DNA of 64,000 nt from an uncultured Verrucomicrobiae bacterium (lineage in GTDB: Bacteria > Verrucomicrobiota > Verrucomicrobiia > Chthoniobacterales > JAFAMB01). A model generated the notes under the pieces. That model saw only the letters and a program-made list of their open reading frames with translations, made no database searches and was not told where the DNA came from. Numbering within the stretch: position 1 is the first letter of the stretch; every line of letters begins with the position of its first letter. Made by a program: the position numbers and the translations under genes. This document shows positions 27,166 to 37,397 of this stretch, in pieces. The stretch is from the NCBI GenBank assembly GCA_963762565.1, contig CAVXLD010000001.1, positions 1,280,001-1,344,000 on the forward strand. The letters are read 5' to 3'.

Positions 27166-29828
27166 ATGAATCCCCGTCGCCCTATCTTCAAAAAAGGAGC
27201 TAGAGTTAGCTCTCAACGTTTAGTCTCCGCGGGAGGACTGGTCACCATGGCGATCAGTTTATGCCTCTGTTTACCGGTGCGCGCGATCGATCCAGCGCGA
27301 CTACACATGAAGCCATTCGGTCATCCGCCAGAGCTAAATACGGTGCTTGGCCCTTTGCGGCCCAAGACGTATAGCCGGACGGAACGATCGGTAATACCAC
27401 TATTGCAACCCGAGAAATTCGCGGCTGCTCAATGGATTGCGCTCGGTCCGGATCCAATCCCGAACGGCCAGACTTACACCTCTCATGGCACCGCTCCGCC
27501 ATCTCTTGAGGTGCCGGTCAGCGGGCGCGTTTCCGCGATCGCAGTTGATCCCACAAACCCTAAGATCGTCTATGTCGGCGGCGCTCAGGGTGGCGTTTAC
27601 CGGTCCCTGAACGGAGGGACAACTTGGGAGCAGCTTCTTGTGGGTGCACTGGGTTTTGCCATCGGAAGCATTACCGTGGATCCGACAGACTCGACCAGGG
27701 TACTCATCGGTACAGGTGAAGGTAACTTGTCGGCCGACAGCTAGTTCGGAGTGGGTGTTTACTTCGTTACCGGTGCTACCTCCAAGACTCCGAAGTTGAA
27801 CGGTCCGTTCAACGTTACCTCTACCGGCGCCAATGCGTTCCTGAATCGAAGCATTGTGAAGATTCTGGTTGACCCTCAGAACAATAACATCGTGTTCTGT
27901 GCGACATCATCGGGAGTCGGCGGTTGGGCGCCCAAACCGGAACCACTTTGCCGCCCCGGGGTCTTTATCGCTCGACGAATTTCGCCAGCGCCAATCCCAC
28001 GTTTGATCAATTGGCAGTGGGTCCTGGCACAAACGTGATTTGCACAAGTGCTGCCATGGATCCGACGAATCCTGACCATGTGGTCTGCAGCCTTTTCGGC
28101 CAAGTCACCGATTCAGAGGGGCACAATCTTCAAGGCGGCTTTTACTATTCCACGAACGCGACGAGCGCAACACCGACCTTCACGCTCGCGACAGTTACGC
28201 GTGGCCCAGTCATCGGGCACAATTTGGCGGCCTTTGTCAATGTGAAGCTCGACATTTCCCCGGATGGCCAAACAATTCTGGCGGCAACCGACGAGTACGC
28301 TACCAATCAACTGGACCAAGGCCTTCTCCGTAAATCGACTGACGGCGGCCAGACTTACACGACAATTCTGAAGGCTGCGGACGGGTTTGCAGGCGGTCAG
28401 GGTTTCTACAACGTAGCCATCGCTATCGATCAGAGTAACCCACAGAATGTTTACCTGGCCGGGACGCTAAGCTCGACCGGCGTTGATCCCGATGGACCTC
28501 CCGGGCACGGTTACATGTACATTGATGGCCAAGTGATAGCGAACCCAGGTCCTCCGAATCCTCAAGCAACGGGTCACGGTCCTATCAACGGTGGCGGAAT
28601 TTTCCAGTATTCAACCGACGGCGGCACGACTTTCACGCCGAGCGTGTACGGATTACACGCGGACAGCCACGCGATTGCCATTTCGAAGTCCGATCCGACA
28701 GTGCTCTATACCGGCAACGACGGCGGAGTCTGGACCACGTCCGGCGTGAAAGAGAAATGGAAAGACATCAATACAAAGGGATTCTCGGCGACCCAGTTCG
28801 AAAGTATTGCTGTTCATCCTACCAATAAAACGTTCAGCATCGGCGGCACCCAGGATAACGGAACCATTTTCTTCCGACCGGATGGCACCATTCGGCGCGC
28901 GGATTTTGGCGATGGTGGCTACGCCCTAATCGATCAGAGTGCGAAGAATACGGAAGAAGTCACGATGTATCATACCTACTTCAACGTGACCAACGATCTG
29001 ATCGGTTTCGGCCGTGTGCTCAAGACGAGTTGCGCTGAGGAAGGAGAATGGTCTTTCCTTGGTATTTATACTGGCGACGTTGATCCCACAGTCCACTGCG
29101 ACGGAACAACGGACAGGTTTAACGGCATACAAATCACCGACAGCGTGAACTTCTATGCCCCGATGGCTCTTGGACCGGGTACGAAGGGGAATCCCAACAC
29201 GGTCTATTTCGGTACGGAGACATTGTATCGCTCAGATGATCGCGGCGATACGATGTTCCCGGCGAGCGCCGCGCCGATCGAGACTGGAGTCCCGATCAGC
29301 GCTATCGGAATTTCTCCAACGAGCGACAACATCCGGGTTGTAGGGCTGGATAACGGCGACGTCTATGCGACGGTTACGGGCAGCGCTCTAGTGAATCTGA
29401 ATGTGGGACTTCCCGTGTACGTCACCCGCATTGTCATGGACCCAGTGAATCCTGACGTAGTGTACCTCTGCTACAACGGTTACCAGCTCACGGGCGCAAA
29501 CAATATTCTGACGGTTGTGGAACTCACGAACCTTTCTGCGGCGGTGGCTAACCCGACCAATGCGAATTTCGTGCCGATGGGTCCACCAACTTCGTTTGCC
29601 ACGTCGGTGAACGGTTTTGTGGTCGATCCGCTCAACACCCAGCACCTATTTGCTGCTACGGATCAAGGTGTTTACGCTTCGATGGACGGAGGCAATACCT
29701 GGGCTTTGTTTGGGACCGGGTTACCTGATGTTGAAGTGTTCGATCTTAAGTTGCAGAGCCCAGGGAGAATTCTCCGGGCGGCGACTCATGGTCTGGGCGT
29801 TTTCGAGATATCAATCTCCGGTCTGTAG
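27166..29828 (+). pseudogene. Disrupted secreted BNR/Asp-box beta-propeller (sortilin/xyloglucanase-like) protein
   Basis: SGRVSAIAVDP, SxDGGxTW repeats, GGTQDNG, AATHGLG; in-frame TAG 27742-27744 and -1 frameshift at about 27924. Confidence 0.8.
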
Positions 29829-29865
29829 GCCGTCAGGTTTTATAGCTGCGTCGCGTTAACCTTAC

Positions 29866-29901
29866 CCGCCTGCTCGCTGAAATACCGCGGGCAGGCGGTT
29901 T
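29866..29901. terminator. Putative terminator hairpin between convergent genes
   Basis: CCGCCTGCTCGC / GCGGGCAGGCGG stem followed by TTT. Confidence 0.45.
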
Positions 29902-29947
29902 GCTCGTGGAGCTCCCGTCCCGTACGGACGTGTCGGACTTTGCCGCG

Positions 29948-30529
29948 TCACTCAAGCAACCCCTTCAACTTGGCGTGTTGCAGCAGCATAATCGTTTTTC
30001 CGTCTTCGATCTCCCCGGTTTCTATCATCTGTAACGCCTGATCTAAACCGAGCTCGACTAGCTCGATCTCTTCGCCGTGATCGGCTACACCGCCACCCGG
30101 GCTCTTCCGTTGTGCCGAGGTATATGGGGCCGCAAAAAAATGGACCTTCTCGGTGACAGAACCCGGGCTCATATAAGCCGCGAATAGCTTGGTAACGGGT
30201 CCGAGGTGATAACCGGTTTCTTCTTCGGTTTCTCTCCGGATAGCGCTTTCCGGATCATCCTTTTCCAAAAGCCCGGCACAAGCTTCGATTAGCAATCCGT
30301 CCTCGCAGCCATTTACAAATGCCGGGAATCGAAATTGTCGGGTAAGTAAGACGGTCTTTTGCTCACGATTAAAAAGGAGAATCGTCGCGCCGTTTCCGCG
30401 ATCATAGGTTTCACGAGTGACCGTTTGCCAAGAACCGCCTTGGCGGCGGATTTCCAAGGTGGTCTTCTTAAGAGTAGACCAATCGTCCGAGAGAACTTTT
30501 ACCTCTTTTATTCTGATTCTGTCTTCCAT
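29948..30529 (-). CDS. nudK: GDP-mannose pyrophosphatase-like NUDIX hydrolase
   Basis: RETYDRGNGATILL, Nudix box GLLE...IRRETEEETGY, YMSPGSVTE, DGKTIMLLQ. Confidence 0.88.
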   Translation of the reverse strand: MEDRIRIKEVKVLSDDWSTLKKTTLEIRRQGGSWQTVTRETYDRGNGATILLFNREQKTVLLTRQFRFPAFVNGCEDGLLIEACAGLLEKDDPESAIRRETEEETGYHLGPVTKLFAAYMSPGSVTEKVHFFAAPYTSAQRKSPGGGVADHGEEIELVELGLDQALQMIETGEIEDGKTIMLLQHAKLKGLLE

Positions 30530-30574
30530 TGTTATTGTTGTGTTGATTTGTATCGAGTTTTGTCCCGACGGGAC

Positions 30575-30834
30575 TGGGGAGGAGCCGCTTTTAGCGTGGC
30601 AGTTCTATTGGATGGCAGCCATCGAAAGTCTTCGGGGTCAGACAGGCGGCTCCCGGGAATTATCCATCGCCGTGCAGCTCTATCGCGGGTGGTCCGAGCA
30701 AATGGAGACGATGGATGAAACATGACGCTGGGCTGTTCGCGGGGAGCCGCCTCTTTTCACCGTTTTTGGTCACAGCAAGCGTTGAATTAAAAGTAGCCAG
30801 ATCATCTGGTCCGTGCCAAAGCGGCTCCCCTCCA
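30575..30834. repeat. Family-2 REPIN-like palindrome
   Basis: GGAGCCGCTTT ... AAAGCGGCTCCCCTCCA ends, inner GGCGGCTCCC/GGGAGCCGCC; relatives at 44440 and 62147. Confidence 0.85.
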
Positions 30835-30869
30835 CAGCCCTTCGGGGCAAAATCCGACGAGCTCCGATC

Positions 30870-31250
30870 CTAACGCTCAACCGCTTCAATCTCGCCAATT
30901 GACAAATAGACCTGCTTGCCGGCACACCGCCCTAAGGTCTCCATCTCGTCCGCGCCACTCGATGGTCCACCGACTCTTAAAACCGCGTCCACTCGCTCTA
31001 TCAGCCGCCGCGCGATGGGATGGAATATCTCGTTGAAAATTTCGTCTCCGATCTGTTTGGAGCCGGCAACCTCGATCAGCGGCAATGCGAGCGCTTCACC
31101 GGTTACGGGGATGTGCCCCAAACGGAATAGCTGCAAACCGGCCACAGTCATTATCTGCAGGTTGTTAGCGATCTTTTCCGGGTCATCGCCGGTGTTTGAT
31201 CGGTAAGGTCCGGCAACCAGAATGAGGAGCGATTTATTTTTTGGCGGCAT
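30870..31250 (-). CDS. DUF4406-like protein (NudK-associated)
   Basis: LILVAGPYRSNT, DAVLRVGGPSSGADE. Confidence 0.75.
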   Translation of the reverse strand: MPPKNKSLLILVAGPYRSNTGDDPEKIANNLQIMTVAGLQLFRLGHIPVTGEALALPLIEVAGSKQIGDEIFNEIFHPIARRLIERVDAVLRVGGPSSGADEMETLGRCAGKQVYLSIGEIEAVER

Positions 31251-31315
31251 ACTTGATTCGCCTCATCATGATGTGCAGTTAGTTGCTCGTATAATGATTT
31301 CTTGGTATCGGAGCC

Positions 31316-31330
31316 ATCATTGTGGATGAT
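31316..31330. promoter_or_regulatory. LysR recognition box
   Basis: ATCA-N7-TGAT between the divergent DUF4406 and LysR genes. Confidence 0.55.
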
Positions 31331-31336
31331 ACCTCC

Positions 31337-32212
31337 ATGGATGCTCATTTGCTTCCGGACGTCCTAGTTTTCCTCAACGTAGTTCGATGTGGTTCTATCA
31401 CTAAGGCGGCGAATCGGCTGAACATGGTACAGTCCAACGTCACCGCCAGAATTAAGAAGTTGGAGGATGCGCTCGGAGTAACGCTTCTCCGGCGGCACGC
31501 TCGAGGGGTCAAACTTTCCAGTGGCGGCGAAACGGTTTTGCCCATGGCGATGCGGCTGGACACGGTTCTAAATGATCTGGGATACGCATTTGGTCGCGGC
31601 AAACCGGCTAAAGAAGCTAGCCTTCGGGTCGGAGCGATCGAAACGGTCGCTGCCGTTCATTTACCCGGCTTGGTCTCCCGGTTCCTTGAAAAATCGCCCC
31701 ATGTCGATGTTTCAGTACATGTAGGCAGCTCGTCGACATTGATTGACCAAGTTAAACGAGGCGAACTCGATGCTGCCTTTGTATCCCGGCCGTTCGCGTT
31801 GCCCGGCCTCCGTGAACACCAAGTCTTCACGGATAAGCTGGTGGTGCTCGCGCCCAACAAGGTGACCACAAGGAACGATCTCTTTGCCGTGAACCGCATC
31901 GGGCTAAAGGTCCTGGTCCAGCGCTTGGGTTGTTCCTACACGGAGAGATTGTTGATGTTCCTAGAGACCCGCAAGGTCCGCCCGGAGCGTATTATGGAAA
32001 TGGGAACTTTGGAAGGCGTGATCGGATTTGTGGAAGCGGGTGTAGGCATCGCAGCGATGCCGGAGAGTTTTATCCGTCCGATCAGCAAAGGGAGAAAGGT
32101 AGTTCTGCTTCCGTTGCCTGGGAAAATGGCCACGCTGCGTACTTATGTCGTGGCATTGGAACGTACGGCATCGCCGTTGGTGAACGATTTTGTGGATCAT
32201 TGCCAGGCGTGA
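31337..32212 (+). CDS. LysR family transcriptional regulator (GltR-like)
   Basis: GSITKAANRLNMVQSNVTARIKKLE HTH; GCSY; LysR substrate-binding domain. Confidence 0.9.
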   Translation: MDAHLLPDVLVFLNVVRCGSITKAANRLNMVQSNVTARIKKLEDALGVTLLRRHARGVKLSSGGETVLPMAMRLDTVLNDLGYAFGRGKPAKEASLRVGAIETVAAVHLPGLVSRFLEKSPHVDVSVHVGSSSTLIDQVKRGELDAAFVSRPFALPGLREHQVFTDKLVVLAPNKVTTRNDLFAVNRIGLKVLVQRLGCSYTERLLMFLETRKVRPERIMEMGTLEGVIGFVEAGVGIAAMPESFIRPISKGRKVVLLPLPGKMATLRTYVVALERTASPLVNDFVDHCQA

Positions 32213-32247
32213 TGCCTCGTTCTTGGATTGCGTGCAGACCCATTGCG

Positions 32248-32380
32248 GGGAGGGATCGCGTCCGCGTCCGGCAGCTGCCGGATGATTGCCGAAGTGTTGT
32301 GATCGCGGACCAAATTACACCCTTGGGGGTGGCACGTCCTCGCGGCGCGCGGGGACGCGCGCCCTCCCCGATTTGCAACC
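32248..32380. repeat. Family-3 REP doublet, right REP without micro-element
   Basis: CGGCGCGCGGGGACGCGCGCCCTCCCC followed by ATTTGCAACC. Confidence 0.8.
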
Positions 32381-32425
32381 TGGGAACGCGAGGACGAGAA
32401 CGAAGCGCTTCGGACACCGCCGTCC

Positions 32426-33466
32426 TCACCCAACTCGCCGCTGCGACTTCGCGAACGTATCAAAGGCGACGGCAAGCACAATAATGATGCCGATAATGAT
32501 CTGCTGGATATAAGCGGAAACATCCATCAGCACTAAACCATTGAGCAGCACGCCAATGAGTATAGTGCCAATGACAGTGCCAAAGATCGTACCGAGGCCT
32601 CCGAATAGACTGGTACCGCCTATCACTACGGACGCAATCACCGTGAGCTCGTAACCAGTGCCGGCGACGGCTTCGGCCGAGTTCAGGCGTGCTGAAAGGA
32701 CGAAAGCGCCCAGACCAGCAAAGAAACCCATGATGACGTACACGCTGGTAGTAACGGCGCGGACGTTCAGCCCTGACAGGCGCGCAGCTTCCGGGTTGCC
32801 GCCGACGGCATAGACCTGGCGTCCGTAGCGGGTGTACCGGAGAACGATATGCGCGAGTATGGCGAAAGCGAGGAAGATGACGACTGGGACGGGTATCTGG
32901 TCGAAAATCTTTCCCTGGCCCATCCAGACGAAATTCGGTTCGAAACCGCTAATCGGGCCTCCGGCTGCGAATAGCAAAGCCCCCCCTCGGAAAGCCGACA
33001 TGCCGCCGAGTGTAACCACGAACGGTGGAACCTTAAGCCTAGTGATAGCAAAACCCTGTACCCAGCCTCCAATAACCCCGACTGCGATCGCGGCAAGCGC
33101 GGCAAGATACCAGGGATTGCTCGCCGCCACCTCGCCCGCACCGACAGTGAACCGGTTAGAGAGGCCGCCCTTGGACACTGCCGCAGCGACTAACCCAGCA
33201 AAGGCGACTAGCGAGCCGATCGAAAGGTCGATGCCGGCTGTCAAAATGACGAAGGTCATCCCCACCGCGAGCAGGCCGTAGATAGAGACCTGGCGGAGAA
33301 TATTGAAGAGGTTGAGCGGTGTCAGAAAACGCGGTTGGAACGCAGCGAACGCGCCCATCAAAACAAGCAGGAAAATGAGAGGCGCGAAGCGAGCCAGAAA
33401 CCCAAAAATATCGAGTTTCGTCCGCCCCGGTGCAGCTGAGTGGGAGTCTTCGGTCAATGTTTCCAT
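32426..33466 (-). CDS. Sugar ABC transporter permease (IatP-like, myo-inositol type)
   Basis: GIDLSIGS, YAVGGNPEAARLSG, SAEAVAGTGYEL; resembles Caulobacter IatP by recall. Confidence 0.88.
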   Translation of the reverse strand: METLTEDSHSAAPGRTKLDIFGFLARFAPLIFLLVLMGAFAAFQPRFLTPLNLFNILRQVSIYGLLAVGMTFVILTAGIDLSIGSLVAFAGLVAAAVSKGGLSNRFTVGAGEVAASNPWYLAALAAIAVGVIGGWVQGFAITRLKVPPFVVTLGGMSAFRGGALLFAAGGPISGFEPNFVWMGQGKIFDQIPVPVVIFLAFAILAHIVLRYTRYGRQVYAVGGNPEAARLSGLNVRAVTTSVYVIMGFFAGLGAFVLSARLNSAEAVAGTGYELTVIASVVIGGTSLFGGLGTIFGTVIGTILIGVLLNGLVLMDVSAYIQQIIIGIIIVLAVAFDTFAKSQRRVG

Positions 33467-33524
33467 CGGTTAGATTGCCTTTCTCAAAAATGCACAGCTG
33501 GCAGAACGGTTTTGTAGCCCGCTA

Positions 33525-35102
33525 TCAAGGATTGTTTTGTTTAGAGGCATCAGATTCTGAGGCATCAGATTTACGAGTTGCGCTCAAAGTCATCATCGAC
33601 ATCAGGATCTCCTCGGTTGCGTCTTCCCGTTTGATCTGGCCGGTGATATGGCCTTCCCGCATCGTGATAATGCGGTCGCTGACCGCAAGCACCTCGGGCA
33701 ACTCTGAGGATATGGCGATCACCGCGATACCGGTTTGCGCCATTTCGAAAAGGAGATTGTGGACCTCAACTTTGGCTCCGATATCGATGCCGCGGGTCGG
33801 CTCGTCCACGATGAGCACCTTCGGCCGCAACGCCAGCCAGCGGGCAAGGATCACCTTTTGTTGGTTGCCACCCGAAAGACTGGCAATCAACTGTTCCGGA
33901 CTGGCCATGCGAATATTGAGTTTCTGCTGATATTCATCCACCATGGCGCGTTCGGCGGTTTCATCGATAAACACGCCCCAACGCAGGATGTGCTGGTGCG
34001 ATGCCATGCTGAGATTAGCGCGTACTGCCAGCGCCAGGAATAGCGCCTGCTGTTTCCGATCCTCCGGTACCAGCCCGATTCCGTGATGGATTGCATCCTT
34101 GGGCGAACGAATACGGACCTGTCTGCCGTCTATGATAATCCGACCGGAATCGAATTGGTCGGCTCCAAATATGGCTCGAGCCATTTCCGTCCGTCCGGCG
34201 CCTACTAAACCGGCTATCCCCAGGATCTCACCCTTGCGCACTTCGAAGCTGACGTCTGCGAGTACCGTGGCGCTCTGATCCCGGGCATTACCGCGCCGAT
34301 TCAGGCCTTCAACCCGCAGTACGACATCGTTTCCGGTCTCCCGGTCCCGATGAGCGAACAATTCTTTTACCTCGCGGCCAACCATCAGCCGGATGATGCC
34401 GTCAATCGTGATGTCAGCGATGGATCCGCTGCCAATCAGGCGTCCGTCTCGAAGCACAGTATAACGGTCACAAATCTGCATTACTTCTTCGAGGCGATGG
34501 GTAACGAAGATAATGCTGAGGCCGTGCGCCTTCAGTTCGCGAGCGATGCGAAAAAGCTTATCGACCTCTGCCGAGGACAAAGCCGATGTCGGTTCATCCA
34601 TGACGATCAACCGCGACTTCATCGAGAGTGCACGCGCAATTTCCACCATTTGTTGCTCAGCCACGCTCAACCCTCGCACGATAGCCATCGGTTGTAGCTC
34701 GAGGCCGAGGCGCTTAGTGATCGCTCGCGTTTCCGAAGCCATTTTCGGCCAGTCGACGAAAACGCTCGGACCGGGTTCGCGCCCGATAAAAACATTTTCG
34801 GCGATCGTCATATTTGGAGCCAGGGTGAACTCTTGATAGATGGTGGCGATACCTCTGCGCTGCGCGTCATGAGGTGAAGCCATCACCACGTTCTCTCCTC
34901 CGAACTCAATCGTGCCGCTGTCAGGTTGCTGGGCGCCGGCCAGGATTTTGATTAGCGTCGATTTACCGGCTCCGTTTTCGCCCAGCAAAGCGTGAATCTC
35001 ACCGGGGCGCACCTCGAGCCCGGCATCGTCTAGCGCCTGGACACCCGGAAATTTTTTCCGGATCGAGGTCATGCGAAGGAGGGGTGGTTCGCTGGCGCTC
35101 AT
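33525..35102 (-). CDS. Sugar ABC transporter ATP-binding protein (RbsA/IatA-like)
   Basis: GENGAGKST, DEPT, LSGGNQQK; start reset to ATG 35102 because the upstream extension is repeat-derived. Confidence 0.92.
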   Translation of the reverse strand: MSASEPPLLRMTSIRKKFPGVQALDDAGLEVRPGEIHALLGENGAGKSTLIKILAGAQQPDSGTIEFGGENVVMASPHDAQRRGIATIYQEFTLAPNMTIAENVFIGREPGPSVFVDWPKMASETRAITKRLGLELQPMAIVRGLSVAEQQMVEIARALSMKSRLIVMDEPTSALSSAEVDKLFRIARELKAHGLSIIFVTHRLEEVMQICDRYTVLRDGRLIGSGSIADITIDGIIRLMVGREVKELFAHRDRETGNDVVLRVEGLNRRGNARDQSATVLADVSFEVRKGEILGIAGLVGAGRTEMARAIFGADQFDSGRIIIDGRQVRIRSPKDAIHHGIGLVPEDRKQQALFLALAVRANLSMASHQHILRWGVFIDETAERAMVDEYQQKLNIRMASPEQLIASLSGGNQQKVILARWLALRPKVLIVDEPTRGIDIGAKVEVHNLLFEMAQTGIAVIAISSELPEVLAVSDRIITMREGHITGQIKREDATEEILMSMMTLSATRKSDASESDASKQNNP

Positions 35103-35106
35103 TTTT

Positions 35107-35390
35107 GGTGGGGCGAGGCTCCGGAACTTTCCTTCCGGACGAGCAGGGCTGCCAAGGTTGTCGAATCTGTAGTATGCCGGGCCGCAGAGCTGCCGAGCCG
35201 TGGCCCAGCGTTCGGTATCGGCAAAGGATGGACGAGGCCAGATCGGACGCAGACTGCCCAATTCAAAGCGCTGGACGACGGCGGCGTGGTGGGCCCGCCT
35301 CGGCAGCGCTTTGACCCAAAACACAAAGTCTTCCTTCAATGTCGCATTCCCTGGGAAGTCGCCAAGGCCGTACCGGAGCCTCGCCCCACC
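35107..35390. repeat. Family-1 REPIN-like palindrome (284 bp)
   Basis: GGTGGGGCGAGGCTCCGG / CCGGAGCCTCGCCCCACC; inner GCTGCCGAG/CTCGGCAGC. Confidence 0.85.
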
Positions 35391-35424
35391 GGCCTTGGGC
35401 ATCGCCGCACCGGGGAAGAAAAGT

Positions 35425-36384
35425 CTATTTTACTTCGTTTAGTCGTTCAGCCTGATTGAGGTTGTCGCTGGTGATCGCGATCGGAGTGAGCAGCTTTACC
35501 GGTTCGGCCGGTTTTTTGCCGTCGCGGAGATAGGCAACCAGCGTATCCAGAGCGCCCTTAACCTGCCCGCCGGGCATCTGCTCGATCGTGGCTGTCATGT
35601 TACCAGCCTTGATCTGGCCTAACGCTTCGGGGAGAGCGTCGAACCCGATGAGTTTTACCTTACCGACGAGGTTACGCGCTTTGAGTGCTTCAAGGGCGCC
35701 AAGCGCCATGTCGTCGTTTGCGCAGTTGATCACGTCTGGCGGCGTCTTCATACCGGCAAGGGCAGACTCCGTCATGCTCAGACCCTTTGCCCTATCGAAG
35801 GCGGCAGTATCTTCAAACACTATTTTGTATTTGTCTTTGGCTTGATCCAGAACGTTGTGCAGGCCCTTGTTGCGGTCGATAGCCGGACTCGAACCCGACT
35901 GTCCCTGGAGATTCATAACTGTGCAGCCGTTCGGAAACAGCTTTTCGATCAGCTCACCCTGCGCTTCGCCGCCTTTAACGTTGTCGGCTCCTACATGGGC
36001 AAGGATCCCAGGGACCTTGTTGACGCGGCGGTCGAACGTGACCACCGGAATCTTTGCGTCGACCGCTTCCTGTAATGCCGGCGCTAGAGCATCGGCGTCA
36101 TTCGGAGAGATGACGATCCCGTTGACACCCTTTGTAATCGCTGCCTCGATATCCGCCGTTTGCTTGGGCGAGCTGACTTGTCCATCGGAAACCAGCAGGT
36201 CGATGTCGCCAAGCTTAGCTGCCTCTGCTTTCCCCTGGTTAATGCAGTGTACGAAGAACGGGAATGTCAGACCGGGAACAGACATCAAGATAGTTAAGTG
36301 TTTCTCCGCTGCCTGTGCGGGACCGAATGCGACTAACGCAAGCCCAAGAGTCGCCGATAGCCCAATTTTTCTGAAGTATCTCAT
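35425..36384 (-). CDS. Sugar ABC substrate-binding protein (IbpA-like)
   Basis: Signal peptide; HVGADNVKGG, PPDVINCANDDMALGALEA, GFDALPEAL. Confidence 0.88.
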   Translation of the reverse strand: MRYFRKIGLSATLGLALVAFGPAQAAEKHLTILMSVPGLTFPFFVHCINQGKAEAAKLGDIDLLVSDGQVSSPKQTADIEAAITKGVNGIVISPNDADALAPALQEAVDAKIPVVTFDRRVNKVPGILAHVGADNVKGGEAQGELIEKLFPNGCTVMNLQGQSGSSPAIDRNKGLHNVLDQAKDKYKIVFEDTAAFDRAKGLSMTESALAGMKTPPDVINCANDDMALGALEALKARNLVGKVKLIGFDALPEALGQIKAGNMTATIEQMPGGQVKGALDTLVAYLRDGKKPAEPVKLLTPIAITSDNLNQAERLNEVK

Positions 36385-36668
36385 AGGTGTTTTCTGACTT
36401 CTCGTCAGAATAAGTATTAGGGGGGTGTGCCTACGGGATTTAGAGATGTCCCGCAGAGCCAGAACGATGCTTCCATTCGAGTCGTGTTAACGTCAACACA
36501 AAATTGCTGCTTACGGCCGGACAGGTGGAGTCAATTGAAACCATTTTAAGAAAACAATTTCACCTAACTCGCCGGTTCTGGTGGGAGGTAAGACGAATAC
36601 GAGTGGAGGGGGATGGGGTAAACAGTTTCTCCGTTGATCAGTTTACATAAAGGCCGCGCAAACCATTG

Positions 36669-36715
36669 CGCAATCGATTGCGGTCAGGTTTAGGCTTTTT
36701 TCCTGCAAGTGTCAA
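36669..36715 (-). promoter_or_regulatory. Promoter with LacI-type operator for the ABC operon
   Basis: Minus-strand TTGACA(36715-36710)-N17-TAAACC; perfect palindrome CGCAATCGATTGCG at 36669-36682. Confidence 0.65.
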
Positions 36716-36975
36716 CGGTCATCGTTAACGATCGTAAACTCGAACCACCGAGTACAATCGTTTGCCCGGTGATGAAACGGCAAAGCGTGCCTTTGCCGGC
36801 TTGGCTCCCCGAAAACGCTCTTAAGCCTCGTATTGCGGGTACTGGAGTTAATTCCCTATCTGCTAGATTGGAGGTCGACGCGGTGAGCGCCGTCTTTGTC
36901 CCGGATCCCGAAGTGGATCTCTTCCTCGCCCAAGGAAGCATCTCCAACCCCCTAGTGTTCGCACGGTTGCAAATA

Positions 36976-37190
36976 GGGGAGGGCGCGCAGCCTGTCCGCC
37001 ATAGCTTTAGCGACGGAGGATCCCCGCACGCCGCGAGGACGTGCCTTAACCCAAAGGTGTATTTTCGTCCGAGGTCAAGACACGTCCTCGACTTCGGCAA
37101 CAAGCCGGATCGCGAGGATCCGACGTCGCCAACGCTTCTAAGAAAGACCTGCAGACAGAAGGCTATGTCGGACAGGCAGCGATCCCTCCC
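36976..37190. repeat. Family-3 REP doublet with micro-elements in both REP loops
   Basis: Inserts at 36991-37020 and 37119-37176; the second is itself interrupted at 37133-37160. Confidence 0.8.
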
Positions 37191-37397
37191 AGGCGATGGG
37201 GCCGCACTCATTCCGAGGAAGGAGCGTCTGGTGAGCCTATTGGTGGTTTGTCTTTTCTGGGCCTGCGAAAAGTAGTATGTGTGTCGCGAATACTGATCCG
37301 GCCCGATGCGTCGAAACCTGGCGACTCTTCCGACGTCAAAAGGTTGAGAGCACGCTCGGTTCAGAAGCGATTCTCTAGCAGCACCTAAATTAATGTT

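Noticed and set aside
27742..27744. Pyrrolysine or programmed amber readthrough
   Set aside because: No pyl genes seen, the position fits a Tyr codon point mutation, and a frameshift follows nearby
35103..35402. 100-aa N-terminal extension of the ABC ATPase in the ORF track
   Set aside because: It is read through a family-1 palindrome; homology starts at ATG 35102
36690..37275. Overlapping 173-aa and 188-aa ORFs
   Set aside because: Built mostly from family-3 repeat sequence with no protein motif
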